Shown: positions 1 through 9,340, counted from the first letter of the stretch. The stretch is DNA of 64,000 nt from Dehalococcoidia bacterium (GCA_965249315.1 OZ252225.1:143141-207140), one strand, 5' to 3'. Notes: generated by a model from the letters alone, not told the origin. Numbers and translations are program-made.

Positions 1-957
1 GAGGAGGACGTCCATCTGTTCAAGCCCCGGGAGGCTTCCCGGCCGCTGTCGGCGATGCGCCCGCCGCGGGCGGCGCTGCCGGGCGTCAACTACCATCGGG
101 TGTCGGGCGAGACTGCGACGTTCTACGAGCGGCGCAGCAGCCAGGGTCAGACGGAACGGGTCTTCCTGGACGCCGGAGAGAACCCGCCTGCGGGCGTGAC
201 GGTGACCTACTACCTGAAGGACCGGCCCAGCGGAGAGGTGTCGCTGACTTTCCTGGACGAGCAGGGCCACGAGGTCCGAACCTTCTCCAGCACACGAGCG
301 GATGACAGGGTCCCGGCAGAGGCGGGGACCAACCGGTTCGCATGGGACCTGTACCACGCCGACGCTGCAGGCCCTCCGGGAAGTGCCGCGATGGTTGCGA
401 CGCCAGGGTCGTACCGGGTCCTCCTGGTTGTGGACGGTCAGAGCTACGAGCAGCCGTTCGAGGTGCTGAAAGACCCACGGATCGAAGCCACGCAAGAGGA
501 CCTGGAGGAGCAGTATGCCCTCATGGTCCGCATCCGGGCAAAGCTGGCGGAGACCGTCGGCGCCATCGGGCGGCTTCGAGAGGTTCGACGCCAGGTAGAG
601 ATGTGGGACGCGTGGGCGAAAGAGCACTCTGGATCCAGTCGCATAGCTGAGGCCGCCCACGAAATCCGGCAGCAACTGGACGCAGTGGAAGCTGAGCTGA
701 CCACGGAGCACCTGCCCAACAGGGTGAACCTTCCCCCAGCGCGCTTGGACGCCAAACTGGCGGGTGTGAGCTTCGTGGTGGCCACGGCGAAGGGAAGGCC
801 GACGCGCCAGTCATATGATGTGTTCGAGGACGTCGCCGAGCGCATCGACGGGCAGCTCAGTACGCTGGGGGAGATCATCGGGAAGCAGGTCCCCGCTTTC
901 ATTGCCGCCGTCCGGGAGGCCGGAGTGCCATTGGTGTCGCCCAGTCGAAAGAGATAG
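1..957 (+). CDS. C-terminal part of a large BNR/VPS10(sortilin)-like repeat glycosidase-family protein; 5' end lies outside the window
   Basis: Frame 1 is open from nt 1 (EEDVHLFKPREAS...) into listed ORF 55..957. The tail (GTNRFAWDL..., PGSYRVLLVVDGQSYEQPFEVLKDPR) resembles the conserved C-terminal module of these large secreted proteins. The family call is from memory only. Confidence 0.5.
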   Translation, partial: EEDVHLFKPREASRPLSAMRPPRAALPGVNYHRVSGETATFYERRSSQGQTERVFLDAGENPPAGVTVTYYLKDRPSGEVSLTFLDEQGHEVRTFSSTRADDRVPAEAGTNRFAWDLYHADAAGPPGSAAMVATPGSYRVLLVVDGQSYEQPFEVLKDPRIEATQEDLEEQYALMVRIRAKLAETVGAIGRLREVRRQVEMWDAWAKEHSGSSRIAEAAHEIRQQLDAVEAELTTEHLPNRVNLPPARLDAKLAGVSFVVATAKGRPTRQSYDVFEDVAERIDGQLSTLGEIIGKQVPAFIAAVREAGVPLVSPSRKR

Positions 958-978
958 TCTTTCTACCAGGAGGACGGA

Positions 979-2136
979 ATGTACGAGGGATACAAGGTCA
1001 TCGACGCGGATGCCCACTTCTACGAGCCGTGGGACATCTGGGACCGCTACGTTGAGGCGGAGCACTACGAACGGCGGCCGAGGGTGGTCGAATACTTCGG
1101 GCGGGCCAGGATGGAGTTCGCCGTGGACGGCGTCTTCTTCACGGACTCCCAGAAGAAGCCAGGCACGGACATGCGGTACCGGGAGCACGCTGAGAAATAC
1201 GGTCACGCCTATGATTCTTGGTGGAGCATGGAGAGCCGGCTGCAGGATATGAACAGCAACGGTTGGGACGTGCAGGTGTCCCTGCCCACCAACGGCGGCG
1301 TAGGAGGCAGCATCTCGCACAAGGACGCAAAGCTGGGCGCCGCCCTGTGCCGCGCTTACAACAACTGGGCGCACGACTTCACCGCCGCCTCGGGCGGCCG
1401 GGTCAAGTTCGCCGCCGTCGTGCCTGGGGGCGACATCGAGGAGACGGTGATCGAGGCTCGGCGGGCCGTGGAGCAGCTGGGCTCGGTAACGTTCATGGCG
1501 CCCCACCCGCCCACGGGGAAGGAGTGGGACCAGCCGGACTACGTTCCTCTGTGGGAGCTGGCAGTGGAGCTGGATTTCCCGCTGTCCCTGCATGGCACGG
1601 GGTCACGGAGCGGCGACCCGCCCTTGACGCAGCGCTATGAGAACCGTGGCTCCTTCTATGAGGCCATCTACCACGCGATGGACTTTCCGCTGGAGAACAT
1701 GGTGGCGCTTGCCCACTTCGTGTTCAGCGGCCTGCTGGACCGCTATCCGACCCTGAAACTGTCTGTGCTGGAGTCGAACTGCGGCTGGATGCCCTTCTGG
1801 TTGAACCGGCTGGAGAAGTGCTCCGAGGGACGCCAGTCGCTGACCTTCTACACTGACCCGCTCAAGGCGTCGCCGCAGGAATACTTCCGCCGGCAGTGCT
1901 TCGTCGCCTGCGACGTGGACGAGCCCGGCATCTCGTTCGCGATCGACCAGCTGGGCGACGAGCGCATCGTGTTCAACACGGACTACCCGCACTTCGATGC
2001 GCCGAACCCGCCGGACGTGCTGCCGACAATGCTGGCGCAGCCGATCTCCCAGGAGTCGATGCGGAAGATCCTGTGGGGCAACTCGGTGGGTCTGTACGGG
2101 TCTCGGCTATTGGCGGGGGTGCAACTACAGGCGTAG
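979..2136 (+). CDS. amidohydrolase_2 family protein (ACMSD/LigW-like metal-dependent hydrolase/decarboxylase), paralog A1
   Basis: 385-aa ORF. N-terminal VIDADAHFYEP metal-binding motif and C-terminal FNTDYPHFD motif. Close paralog of the 14781..15914 gene. Confidence 0.85.
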   Translation: MYEGYKVIDADAHFYEPWDIWDRYVEAEHYERRPRVVEYFGRARMEFAVDGVFFTDSQKKPGTDMRYREHAEKYGHAYDSWWSMESRLQDMNSNGWDVQVSLPTNGGVGGSISHKDAKLGAALCRAYNNWAHDFTAASGGRVKFAAVVPGGDIEETVIEARRAVEQLGSVTFMAPHPPTGKEWDQPDYVPLWELAVELDFPLSLHGTGSRSGDPPLTQRYENRGSFYEAIYHAMDFPLENMVALAHFVFSGLLDRYPTLKLSVLESNCGWMPFWLNRLEKCSEGRQSLTFYTDPLKASPQEYFRRQCFVACDVDEPGISFAIDQLGDERIVFNTDYPHFDAPNPPDVLPTMLAQPISQESMRKILWGNSVGLYGSRLLAGVQLQA

Positions 2137-2154
2137 GGGCGGCGGCGGGCTCAG

Positions 2155-2252
2155 TCCTTCGACAGGCTCAGGCTGAGCGGATTGGAACGCACCCCTTTCA
2201 TCCCCCGCTCGTGTTGAGCGTGTCGAACCACAGGCTCAGGGTGAGCGGGCGG
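2155..2252 (+). repeat. GC-rich intergenic element with an internal 19-nt direct repeat (acaggctcaggctgagcgg / acaggctcagggtgagcgg)
   Basis: Copies at 2162..2180 and 2230..2248 differ at 1 of 19 nt. Pseudo-translations read SFDRLRLSG and VLSVSNHRLRVSG. Confidence 0.5.
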
Positions 2253-2254
2253 GG

Positions 2255-2647
2255 TCAGGCCTTTCGCCAGAACTGCCACCTAGGCCGCTTGGCCTCGGGT
2301 GTGGCCTCGGCCGACGGTGACTCCGCCGGCGTGGAGGGCGATTCGGCCGCGGGGGAAGGCGGCGTCGTGGTTGCAGCGTCGGGTAGGGGGCGAACGGCGG
2401 CTTCCACTGCCAGGTCACTCGGGCCGACTAGCTCTTCCCATGTTCGGAAAGACTCGACGAAGGCCTTGGCTTCGTCCAAGGACGCCATGCCCATGGCGGC
2501 GCGCTCCGGGTTGTAGCCGAAGGCCCTGGCGTTGACGTTGTAGCCACCATCCTTCGTGCGCCGGATGCGGCCCATGACTTCGTTGCGCTCATCGGTAGAG
2601 AGGATGAGCTGCAGGCCCAGCTTGTGCTCCTCCCAGTAGAGCTCCAT
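2255..2647 (-). CDS. hypothetical protein with a low-complexity Pro/Thr/Ser/Ala C-terminal tail
   Basis: 130-aa ORF co-directional with the RRM gene. No recognisable motif. The N-terminal 75 aa look globular. Confidence 0.5.
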   Translation of the reverse strand: MELYWEEHKLGLQLILSTDERNEVMGRIRRTKDGGYNVNARAFGYNPERAAMGMASLDEAKAFVESFRTWEELVGPSDLAVEAAVRPLPDAATTTPPSPAAESPSTPAESPSAEATPEAKRPRWQFWRKA

Positions 2648-2701
2648 CAGCTTTCACCTCTGTTTGTGGTTGGGTGGGGCGGCACAGCCGCTCTTGCATG
2701 G

Positions 2702-2739
2702 CCCCTCACCGCTGTCCTCTCCCGCCGGGAGAGGGGGAC
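2702..2739 (+). repeat. CCCTCACC...GAGAGGGG hairpin repeat, copy 1
   Basis: cccctcaccgctgtcctctcccgccgggagagggggac. The arm CCTCTCCC pairs with GGGAGAGG. Same motif at 5430, 8119 and 13495. Confidence 0.6.
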
Positions 2740-2815
2740 GGATTCCTGTAAACGAACGAGGGCGCCCCACCCGTGCGCCCTCGCTCAATCATCTAGTGGT
2801 GTTGGCGGCGCTAGG

Positions 2816-3094
2816 CTACCAGCGCTGGCCGCCCCCGCCCCCTCCCCCTTCGCCTCTGGCTCGAGCCTCGTTGACGGTGAGAGTGCGGCCCTGAAGCTCC
2901 TTCCCGTTCAGAGCCTGGATGGCAGCCTCCGCCTCATTCCTCTCCGGCATCTCCACAAAGGCAAAGCCCTTGGAGCGTCCCGAGTAGCGGTCGGTGATCA
3001 GACGCACCTCGCTGAGCTGGCCGTGGGCCTCAAAGGCCTCGCGGAGCTCTGCCTCCGTGGTCTGGTAGTTGAGATTGCCAACATAGATGTCCAT
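2816..3094 (-). CDS. RRM-type RNA-binding protein with a glycine-rich tail
   Basis: RNP-2 (IYVGNL) and RNP-1 (KGFAFVEM) motifs. C-terminal GEGGGGGGGQRW. GGAGGA lies upstream of the ATG. Confidence 0.9.
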   Translation of the reverse strand: MDIYVGNLNYQTTEAELREAFEAHGQLSEVRLITDRYSGRSKGFAFVEMPERNEAEAAIQALNGKELQGRTLTVNEARARGEGGGGGGGQRW

Positions 3095-3350
3095 ACAGTG
3101 ATTCCTCCAAGCGTGTTTGTCCTCTCAGCAAGCGTCACGCGTGGGCTAGGTGGGGTCCGGTAACGGAACGAAGCGGACGAGCGAAACCTGCACACATCGA
3201 GAGTCAGGGGGTAGCGTAGCAGATTTGCGGGGGGAAGGCAACGCAAAGGCTGGCACACTGGCGTCATCGGAAGGTGGGACGGTAAGTTCCACGGGCGGCG
3301 CGTGCTGTGATAGAGTTGCGGCAGAGCATAGAGGAAGGAGCTGAACGGCC

Positions 3351-5246
3351 ATGCCAGCACATCTGAACCGTGGAGGGACCCAGGCGGCTCCAGCGCTGCC
3401 AGACGATCCGGTCATTGACCTACTGGCGCAGACCAACGCGAAGGTGGAGGACTTCGACATCTCGCAGGACGGCACGCGGGTCTGCTACGTCTCGGCCGAC
3501 AGCGGCGGCTTCGACGTGTGGGCCGTCAACCTGGACGGCTCGGACAACCGGCGTATCGTCTCGATGTACCCGGAGCAGGCGCTGCATCCGGTCTGGTCCC
3601 CGGACGGACAGTGGGTGGCGTACGCCGCTCGGGGCGACGTCTTCAAGGTGCGGGCCGATGGCTCGGAGCCACCGATCAACCTCAGCCACGGGCTAGGGCA
3701 AGCCCCGTTGCAGGAATACATTCAATGGACGCCCGACGGGAAGAGCCTGATGCTGGTCCGTTCCGGTCCCAACAGCTATCTGCAGGTGGCGTGCATCTCG
3801 ACGGAGATCCCGACGGACAAGGTGGCTGTGCGCTACGTCACCAGCGACGACTGGAATTGCGGAGACCCGCAGATTTCGCCGGACGGGAAATGGATCGCGT
3901 TCCAGTCCGACCGGAGCGGCTACAGGGACAACAAGCGCATGGACATCTGGCTCGTGCCCTTCGAGGGTGGATACGTGCGCAATCTAACGCCGAACACCAT
4001 AGAGCACCACGACTCCAGACCCAGATGGTCCCCGGATGGGAAGCGTCTGGCTTTCGTCTCCGACCGCAACGGCTGGCGCAACATCGGCGTTATTGACGTG
4101 GCGTCGGGCGAAACGACGATGCTGACCGACGACCCGTGGGACTCGTCGAACCCTCACTGGTCACCCGACGGGCGGTGGATCGGCTACGTGTCCAGCAAAG
4201 ACTGGAACTTCCAAGTGATGAAAGTGTCCTCTGCGGGTGAGGGCGAACCCGTGCAGCTTACCGAGGGCGACGGCGTGCACGGCGGCTTCGACGGGAACCA
4301 GGCACGCGGATCCATCCAGTGGACTCCCGACGGGAACGAGATCGTCTACACGTTCATGGACCACGCCTGCATGAACGACCTGCGGGCCATATCTGCCGAG
4401 GGTGGAAGTGCACGGCAGGTGACGGACCACATGCCCAAGGAGCTGGAGTCTGAGGGCTTCGTGAAGCCCGAACTGATCCGGTACACCTCCAAGGACGGTC
4501 TGGAGGTGCCGGCATTCCTCTACAGGCCGAAGGACGCAGAGGGACCGACGCCGCTGCTGTTGTTCGCGCACGCCAACATACACGGCTTCCACGTCAACGG
4601 CTTCTACCCGGTCATCCAGCACTTCGTGGCCAAGGGCTACACGGTGCTGGCGCCCCAGGTCCGGGGCAGTGGAGGCCTGGGGAAGACGTACGAGACGATG
4701 AACTTCGGTGACTGGGGCGGCGGCGACATCGACGACTACGCTGCGGGAGTCGAGCACCTCATCTCGCAGGGGCTGGTGGACCGGGAGCGGGTGGTGATGC
4801 AGGGAGGCAGCACCGGAGGCTACTTCACGGCCCAGTTCATCACACGCTATCCGGACGTGATGAAGGCTGCGGTCTGCTTCTACGGTCCTCCGGACCTCAT
4901 TCACTTCGGCCGGTACGGGTCCGCGGGAAACCGTTCGACGCTGGGAGACGTGGTGGGCGGCGACCATGGGGGCTGGGACCAGGCGAGAGACCACTGGGTG
5001 GACCGCTCTCCCTTCTTCCACGTGGACAAGGTAAAGACGCCTCTGCTGATCCTGTGGGGCGACCGGGACAACGTACGCATCAGCCTGGCCGACGACTACT
5101 ACCGGGCGCTGAAGGACGCGGGGAAGGACGTGGAGTACATTCAGTACAACTGCGAGCCCCACGGCTGGTACGACTGGCGGCCTGAGACCCTGGCGGACTG
5201 CATCCGGCGGCTGGACGCGCACTACAGTCGGTACATTGGAGGGTGA
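3351..5246 (+). CDS. S9 family serine peptidase (beta-propeller N-domain plus prolyl oligopeptidase/DPP-type alpha/beta hydrolase domain)
   Basis: Repeated WSPDG propeller motifs. Nucleophile elbow GGSTGGY. C-terminal D and H context (WGDRDNV, EPHGW). Confidence 0.9.
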   Translation: MPAHLNRGGTQAAPALPDDPVIDLLAQTNAKVEDFDISQDGTRVCYVSADSGGFDVWAVNLDGSDNRRIVSMYPEQALHPVWSPDGQWVAYAARGDVFKVRADGSEPPINLSHGLGQAPLQEYIQWTPDGKSLMLVRSGPNSYLQVACISTEIPTDKVAVRYVTSDDWNCGDPQISPDGKWIAFQSDRSGYRDNKRMDIWLVPFEGGYVRNLTPNTIEHHDSRPRWSPDGKRLAFVSDRNGWRNIGVIDVASGETTMLTDDPWDSSNPHWSPDGRWIGYVSSKDWNFQVMKVSSAGEGEPVQLTEGDGVHGGFDGNQARGSIQWTPDGNEIVYTFMDHACMNDLRAISAEGGSARQVTDHMPKELESEGFVKPELIRYTSKDGLEVPAFLYRPKDAEGPTPLLLFAHANIHGFHVNGFYPVIQHFVAKGYTVLAPQVRGSGGLGKTYETMNFGDWGGGDIDDYAAGVEHLISQGLVDRERVVMQGGSTGGYFTAQFITRYPDVMKAAVCFYGPPDLIHFGRYGSAGNRSTLGDVVGGDHGGWDQARDHWVDRSPFFHVDKVKTPLLILWGDRDNVRISLADDYYRALKDAGKDVEYIQYNCEPHGWYDWRPETLADCIRRLDAHYSRYIGG

Positions 5247-5355
5247 CGGAGCGGGCAGCAGAGCCGCTTCTGCTTTGGCGTTGGAGTTCGGCTGCGTTTG
5301 GGTCCTTCGAGGCGACGATGGTGGGAGCGTTCTGAGGTGTCCCTTCGGTTAGAAG

Positions 5356-5429
5356 TTGGCTGGGCCCACCCGCCCGCCCAAAGGTTGTCTTCTTGGGGGG
5401 CTGCGTCCCCCAAGCCCCCGCGCTAGGGA
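5356..5429 (+). repeat. TTGGCTGGGCCC(A/G)CCCGCCC box repeat, copy A, followed by a G-run/C-run hairpin
   Basis: ttggctgggcccacccgcccgccc at 5356..5379, then ttggggggctgcgtcccccaa (7-bp stem). Sits about 110 nt downstream of the S9 peptidase stop. Confidence 0.6.
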
Positions 5430-5465
5430 CCCTCACCCTAACCCTCTCTCCTTGTGAGAGGGGAC
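5430..5465 (+). repeat. CCCTCACC...GAGAGGGG hairpin repeat, copy 2
   Basis: ccctcaccctaaccctctctccttgtgagaggggac. CCCTCTC pairs with GAGAGGG. Confidence 0.6.
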
Positions 5466-5469
5466 TGAA

Positions 5470-6690
5470 ATGGAGGCGCTGATGAGTGATGCATTCGACT
5501 ACTCAGAGCTGATTGCCAAGGGCGTATCTCATCTCGGTGGGTGGCGCCCCACATCTGCGCCCGCTCGCGCGCCGGACTACGACTTCGCCATAGCCCATCT
5601 TGACCCGGACTCGATTCCCCTGGAGGGCCTCCATGAGGCGCTGGGGAAGGCGCTGAAGGAATACGGAGGCAGGGAGCTGGCCTTCTACCCGCACGCGCAG
5701 GGCCTCCCTGCACTTCGGGAGCTGATAGCGGAGAAGCTGCAAAGCCGCCAAGGGATGAGCGTCGACCCGGACCAGGTGGTGCTCACCTCCGGCTCCGGCC
5801 AGGCCATCGGCCTCTTCACGCAGCTCTTCACCGACCCCGGCGACACGCTCATCACGGAGGAGTTCACCTACTCCGGCACGATGTCGATCATGCGACGCTA
5901 CGGCGCCAGAATCGAGGGCGTGCCGTTGGACGAGGAGGGGATGCGGCCCGACGCGCTGGACGAGACCATCACGAGGCTGCGACGGGAAGAGAGAAGGCCG
6001 AAGTTCATCTATACGATACCCACGTTCCAGAACCCGACGGGCACGGACATGGGCCCGCAGCGCCGCCAGGATATCCTGTCCGTGGCGCAGAAGCACGGCG
6101 TGCCGCTGTTCGAGGACGACTGCTATGTGGACCTGCGATTCGAAGGGGTCGGGTCCCCGGCCATCCACTCGTACGACCAGACGGGGATGGTGCTCTACTC
6201 CGGCTCCTTCTCCAAGATCCTGGCGCCGGGCGTGCGACTGGGGTGGCTGGTGGCGCCCCCGGAGCTGGTCCCGCGCATCAACGCCCTCCACTACGGGCTG
6301 CCCACGGCCCAGTTCGCCGCGCTGGCGACGCTGCACTACATGCGCGACCACATGGAGGAGCACATAGCCGAACTCTCCCACATCTTCAAGTCGAAGCGGG
6401 ACACGATGCTGGGCGCCGTCGGCGAGTCGATGGGCTCCGCCGTCGTCTCCAGCCAGCCCTCCGGCGGCCTCTTCCTGTGGCTGCGCATGCGGGATGGTGT
6501 GAACACCGTCGAACTGCTGGACAAGGCGCGGGAGCGCGGGGTCGTCTACGGCACGGGCCAGGTGTTCACGGCCAGCGGGGAGGCGAACAACTACCTGCGT
6601 CTGGCCTTCGGCCACCACAGCCACCAGGAGATCCGGGACGGGATAGCCATTCTGGGCCGGGTCTTCGAGGAGGCGGGGGCGCTGGGATAG
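5470..6690 (+). CDS. PLP-dependent aminotransferase, class I/II (2-aminoadipate/aromatic aminotransferase-like)
   Basis: 406 aa. NPTG motif (FQNPTGTDM) and PLP-lysine context SFSKILAPGVRLGW. Confidence 0.85.
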   Translation: MEALMSDAFDYSELIAKGVSHLGGWRPTSAPARAPDYDFAIAHLDPDSIPLEGLHEALGKALKEYGGRELAFYPHAQGLPALRELIAEKLQSRQGMSVDPDQVVLTSGSGQAIGLFTQLFTDPGDTLITEEFTYSGTMSIMRRYGARIEGVPLDEEGMRPDALDETITRLRREERRPKFIYTIPTFQNPTGTDMGPQRRQDILSVAQKHGVPLFEDDCYVDLRFEGVGSPAIHSYDQTGMVLYSGSFSKILAPGVRLGWLVAPPELVPRINALHYGLPTAQFAALATLHYMRDHMEEHIAELSHIFKSKRDTMLGAVGESMGSAVVSSQPSGGLFLWLRMRDGVNTVELLDKARERGVVYGTGQVFTASGEANNYLRLAFGHHSHQEIRDGIAILGRVFEEAGALG

Positions 6691-6727
6691 GGGCGATACT
6701 CGACATAAGATGGGTGGAGGTACTGTC

Positions 6728-7864
6728 ATGGAGTACAACGTAATCTCCGGCGACTCGCACATGGACATGACCTGGATGCCCGGCGACCTGTGGGAGCGCA
6801 ATGCGCCCGCCAGGTTCAGGGACGTGGCGCCGAAGGTCGTCGAGACGGACGAGGGGCTGGTTTGGGTGGCCGAAGGCAAGACGCTCGGCGTGTTCGGAGG
6901 CGCGAGCTTCGGGTTCGGCGTGGCAGAGCGCGGGAAGTCGAAGCGCTTGGACGCCGTCTTCGCTACGGGCTTCTTCGACGGCGAGCCGCACCCGACGAAC
7001 CCTGAGCTTCGGCTGAAGGACATGGCGCTCGATGGCGTCGACGCCGAGGTGCTGTACGGCGTGGTGGGTGTGGGACTACGGTTCGACGACAAGGAGCTGA
7101 CCCGGTTCGTGTATGGCGTGTACTACGACTGGGTGGCGGACTTCTGCAAGACCAACCCGGGGCGCTGGGCTGCGCTTGCCCCTCTGCCCAACCATGACCC
7201 GCAGGCCGCCGCTGCGGACCTCCGGCGCGCCGCTGAGCTTGGCCTGAAGGGCGGTGAGTTCACCGTCGCCAACGCTGTGAAGCCCCTCTACCACTCGGAC
7301 TGGGATGCCCTGTGGGCTGCATCCAGCGAGTGCGGGATGCCCATCTCGTACCACGTTGCCGGCGGATTGCAGTCGATGCTCCAGCATCCGGACGAGACGG
7401 AGGCCGAGGCGTACAGGGACAAGTTCAACCTGATCAGCGATGCGTGCTCGCAGCTCGAAGGCTCGCTGTACGTCACGAGCATCATCTACTCCGGCGCGTG
7501 CGACCGGTTCCCCGAGTTCAAGTTCGTGCTGGGGGAGAGCGGGATCACCTGGGTCCCGTTCCTGGTCGAGAGGATGGACGCCCACTACCTGGACGGCCGA
7601 CACCAAATTGCGCTGAGCATGAAGCCGAGCGACTACTGGCGCCGCCAAGGGCACTCCACGTTCCAGACCGACGGCATCCTGGCCGACATGCTAGACCTGG
7701 TGGGGGAGAACAACGCGATCTGGGGCTCGGACTACCCGCATCCTGACGGCGTGTGGCCGGACTCGCAGGAGATCATCGCGAGCGACTTCGGGCGGATGAC
7801 GGAGGAGAAGCGGCGGAAGGTGATCTGCGAGAACGCGGGTCGGCTGTACGGCTTTCTGCCGTAG
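6728..7864 (+). CDS. amidohydrolase_2 family protein, paralog A2
   Basis: VISGDSHMD metal motif and WGSDYPHPD C-terminal motif. Start moved to ATG 6728, which has GGTGGAGG upstream (the ORF opens at 6710). Confidence 0.85.
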   Translation: MEYNVISGDSHMDMTWMPGDLWERNAPARFRDVAPKVVETDEGLVWVAEGKTLGVFGGASFGFGVAERGKSKRLDAVFATGFFDGEPHPTNPELRLKDMALDGVDAEVLYGVVGVGLRFDDKELTRFVYGVYYDWVADFCKTNPGRWAALAPLPNHDPQAAAADLRRAAELGLKGGEFTVANAVKPLYHSDWDALWAASSECGMPISYHVAGGLQSMLQHPDETEAEAYRDKFNLISDACSQLEGSLYVTSIIYSGACDRFPEFKFVLGESGITWVPFLVERMDAHYLDGRHQIALSMKPSDYWRRQGHSTFQTDGILADMLDLVGENNAIWGSDYPHPDGVWPDSQEIIASDFGRMTEEKRRKVICENAGRLYGFLP

Positions 7865-7903
7865 GCGGGCCGCGGGGGTCGATTCGTTTCCCTACGGTAG
7901 ATC

Positions 7904-8040
7904 TTGGCTGGGCCCGCCCGCCCTCGGTCGCTGTTTTGTAGCTGGGGGCACATCCCCCGGAGGGGCTCGCCGCCCTAGAAAGAGGGGTCTCCCCTCTGGA
8001 CTCCGCCTGGGGCGGGGTACGCCTCTCCAAGGGGATAGAG
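7904..8040 (+). repeat. TTGGCTGGGCCCGCCCGCCC box repeat, copy B (long form)
   Basis: ttggctgggcccgcccgccc at 7904..7923. Shares cacatccccc and cccctctggactcc with copy C. Starts 40 nt after the stop of the 6728..7864 gene. Confidence 0.6.
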
Positions 8041-8063
8041 AGGGCCCTGTGGCGACAAAATGA

Positions 8064-8090
8064 GACGGGCGGGTTTAGGACCCGCCCGTC
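8064..8090 (-). terminator. intrinsic terminator for the class IV aminotransferase gene
   Basis: Perfect 10-bp GC stem GACGGGCGGG/CCCGCCCGTC with a 7-nt loop. On the minus-sense RNA it is followed by UCAUUUUGU. Confidence 0.7.
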
Positions 8091-8118
8091 CTAGCGCTCT
8101 TGCTAGAGGGAGAGGCAG

Positions 8119-8140
8119 CCCTCACCCAGGGGGAGAGGGA
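8119..8140 (+). repeat. CCCTCACC...GAGAGGG repeat, copy 3 (truncated, lacks the 5' hairpin arm)
   Basis: ccctcacccagggggagaggga. Confidence 0.45.
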
Positions 8141-8144
8141 ATTT

Positions 8145-9077
8145 CTACTCGGGAAGCACGTTGGACATGGCGTGGGCCTGGCCGACGATGTCCATGCCGA
8201 CAATCTCGCTCCAGGCGGCCATGATCTGCTTGAAGACCGGGCCGGGGCACTCACCTCGGAGGGGACGCCAGTCCACCCTGGAGATGGGCAGCATGGAGTG
8301 GCTAGTGCCCGCCATGAACACTTCGTCGGCGTTGTAGGCGTCGTAGGGCTGCAGGTCCTCCTCCACCACGGGGATGCCAAGGTTCCGCGCGATCTCGATG
8401 ACCGTGTCGCGAGAAATTCCCTGCAGCACTGCGAAGTCCGTGGGCGTGCGCAGGACGCCGTCGGTGACGATGAAGACGTTGGCACCCACGCCCTCGGCGA
8501 CGTTGCCGTTGTGGTCCAGGAGTATGGGCCAAGCCTCCGGGTCCGCGTCAACGACCTCGAGCATGGCCATGGTGAGGTTGAGGCGGCTCAGGTGCTTCAC
8601 CTTGGAGTCCAAGGCTGCGGGGTGATAGCTGCGGGTCCGGGTGAACATGGCGTGGATGCCCGTCTGATGGAGACGGGAGTAGCGTGCAAAGGGCGGGTAG
8701 TAGACGTTGATGTGGATGGTTGGCTGGACGGCGTCCAGGACGGCGCTGGTCCGGCCGGTGGTGTTGCCCTTGGCCACGCCGCGCGTGATGCGCTGAGAGA
8801 CGGAGAAGTCGCCGCCGCCGCGGAACTGCTCGTTACGCTGCACGACCTCCAGGGTAATCTCCGCCATCTCCTCCTTGGTCATGCCGGGATCGATGCGGAC
8901 GTACTGGAGGGAGCGATAGAGGCGGTCCAGGTGGGCGTCGAGCTTGAAGATTTCGCCGTTGAACGTACGCTCCACGTCGAAGACAGCATCGCCGCCGAAG
9001 GCCCGGTCGCCCACGGGAAGGAAGCATTCGCTGTGGGGTTTGAACTCGCCGTTCAGATAGTCTATGAAGTCGGGCAT
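8145..9077 (-). CDS. class IV (fold type IV) aminotransferase, branched-chain / D-amino-acid aminotransferase family
   Basis: 310 aa. N-terminal FLPVGDRAF..GDAVFDV, catalytic-lysine region DSKVKHLSRLN, and ANVFIV..G.L.TP motifs typical of the family. Confidence 0.85.
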   Translation of the reverse strand: MPDFIDYLNGEFKPHSECFLPVGDRAFGGDAVFDVERTFNGEIFKLDAHLDRLYRSLQYVRIDPGMTKEEMAEITLEVVQRNEQFRGGGDFSVSQRITRGVAKGNTTGRTSAVLDAVQPTIHINVYYPPFARYSRLHQTGIHAMFTRTRSYHPAALDSKVKHLSRLNLTMAMLEVVDADPEAWPILLDHNGNVAEGVGANVFIVTDGVLRTPTDFAVLQGISRDTVIEIARNLGIPVVEEDLQPYDAYNADEVFMAGTSHSMLPISRVDWRPLRGECPGPVFKQIMAAWSEIVGMDIVGQAHAMSNVLPE

Positions 9078-9253
9078 CTCGGCCTCCCATTTGCAGCTTT
9101 GCGCGAAAGAGTGCTGGAACTGTGCCGGCGAGCAAGGCTACTATGCGCCGAAGAACCTTGTCAACCTTCCGCCATGCCCCTGCGAATCCTGGGTCTGTTC
9201 GCGCTTTTCGCATACATCGAGCCTCTGCGTGCAGAAACCCGCGAGAAGTTCTC

Positions 9254-9282
9254 TTGACAGGGCTATGGTGTAGTCCTATGGT
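9254..9282 (+). promoter_or_regulatory. sigma70-like promoter candidate for ABC locus 1
   Basis: TTGACA (9254..9259), 17-nt spacer, TATGGT (9277..9282). Lies about 60 nt upstream of the SBP start. Confidence 0.4.
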
Positions 9283-9340
9283 GTCGCCATCCGACGGGTC
9301 AGAGTGTGCCTTGAGCCTTGTCGGAAAAGGAGGAGCGGTT

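Noticed and set aside
5503-7092. 529-aa ORF on the minus strand spanning the aminotransferase and amidohydrolase A2 genes.
   Set aside because: It is antisense to two genes with clear family motifs. Its Arg/Pro/Gly/Ala-rich composition is typical of high-GC shadow ORFs, and it has no recognisable domain.
8100-9257. 385-aa plus-strand ORF opposite the class IV aminotransferase.
   Set aside because: Shadow ORF of a motif-supported gene. It starts inside a repeat and terminator region and has low-complexity composition.
9122-9340. N-terminal extensions of ORFs (SBP1 from 9122, SBP2 to 19974, SBP3 to 23695, purD from 44024, tpiA to 37487, birA to 57375, hisB to 50843, amidohydrolase A3 to 14803).
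   Set aside because: In each case an internal start with a good Shine-Dalgarno sequence yields a canonical N-terminus (signal peptide/lipobox or a conserved first motif). The extensions also overlap promoters or upstream genes.
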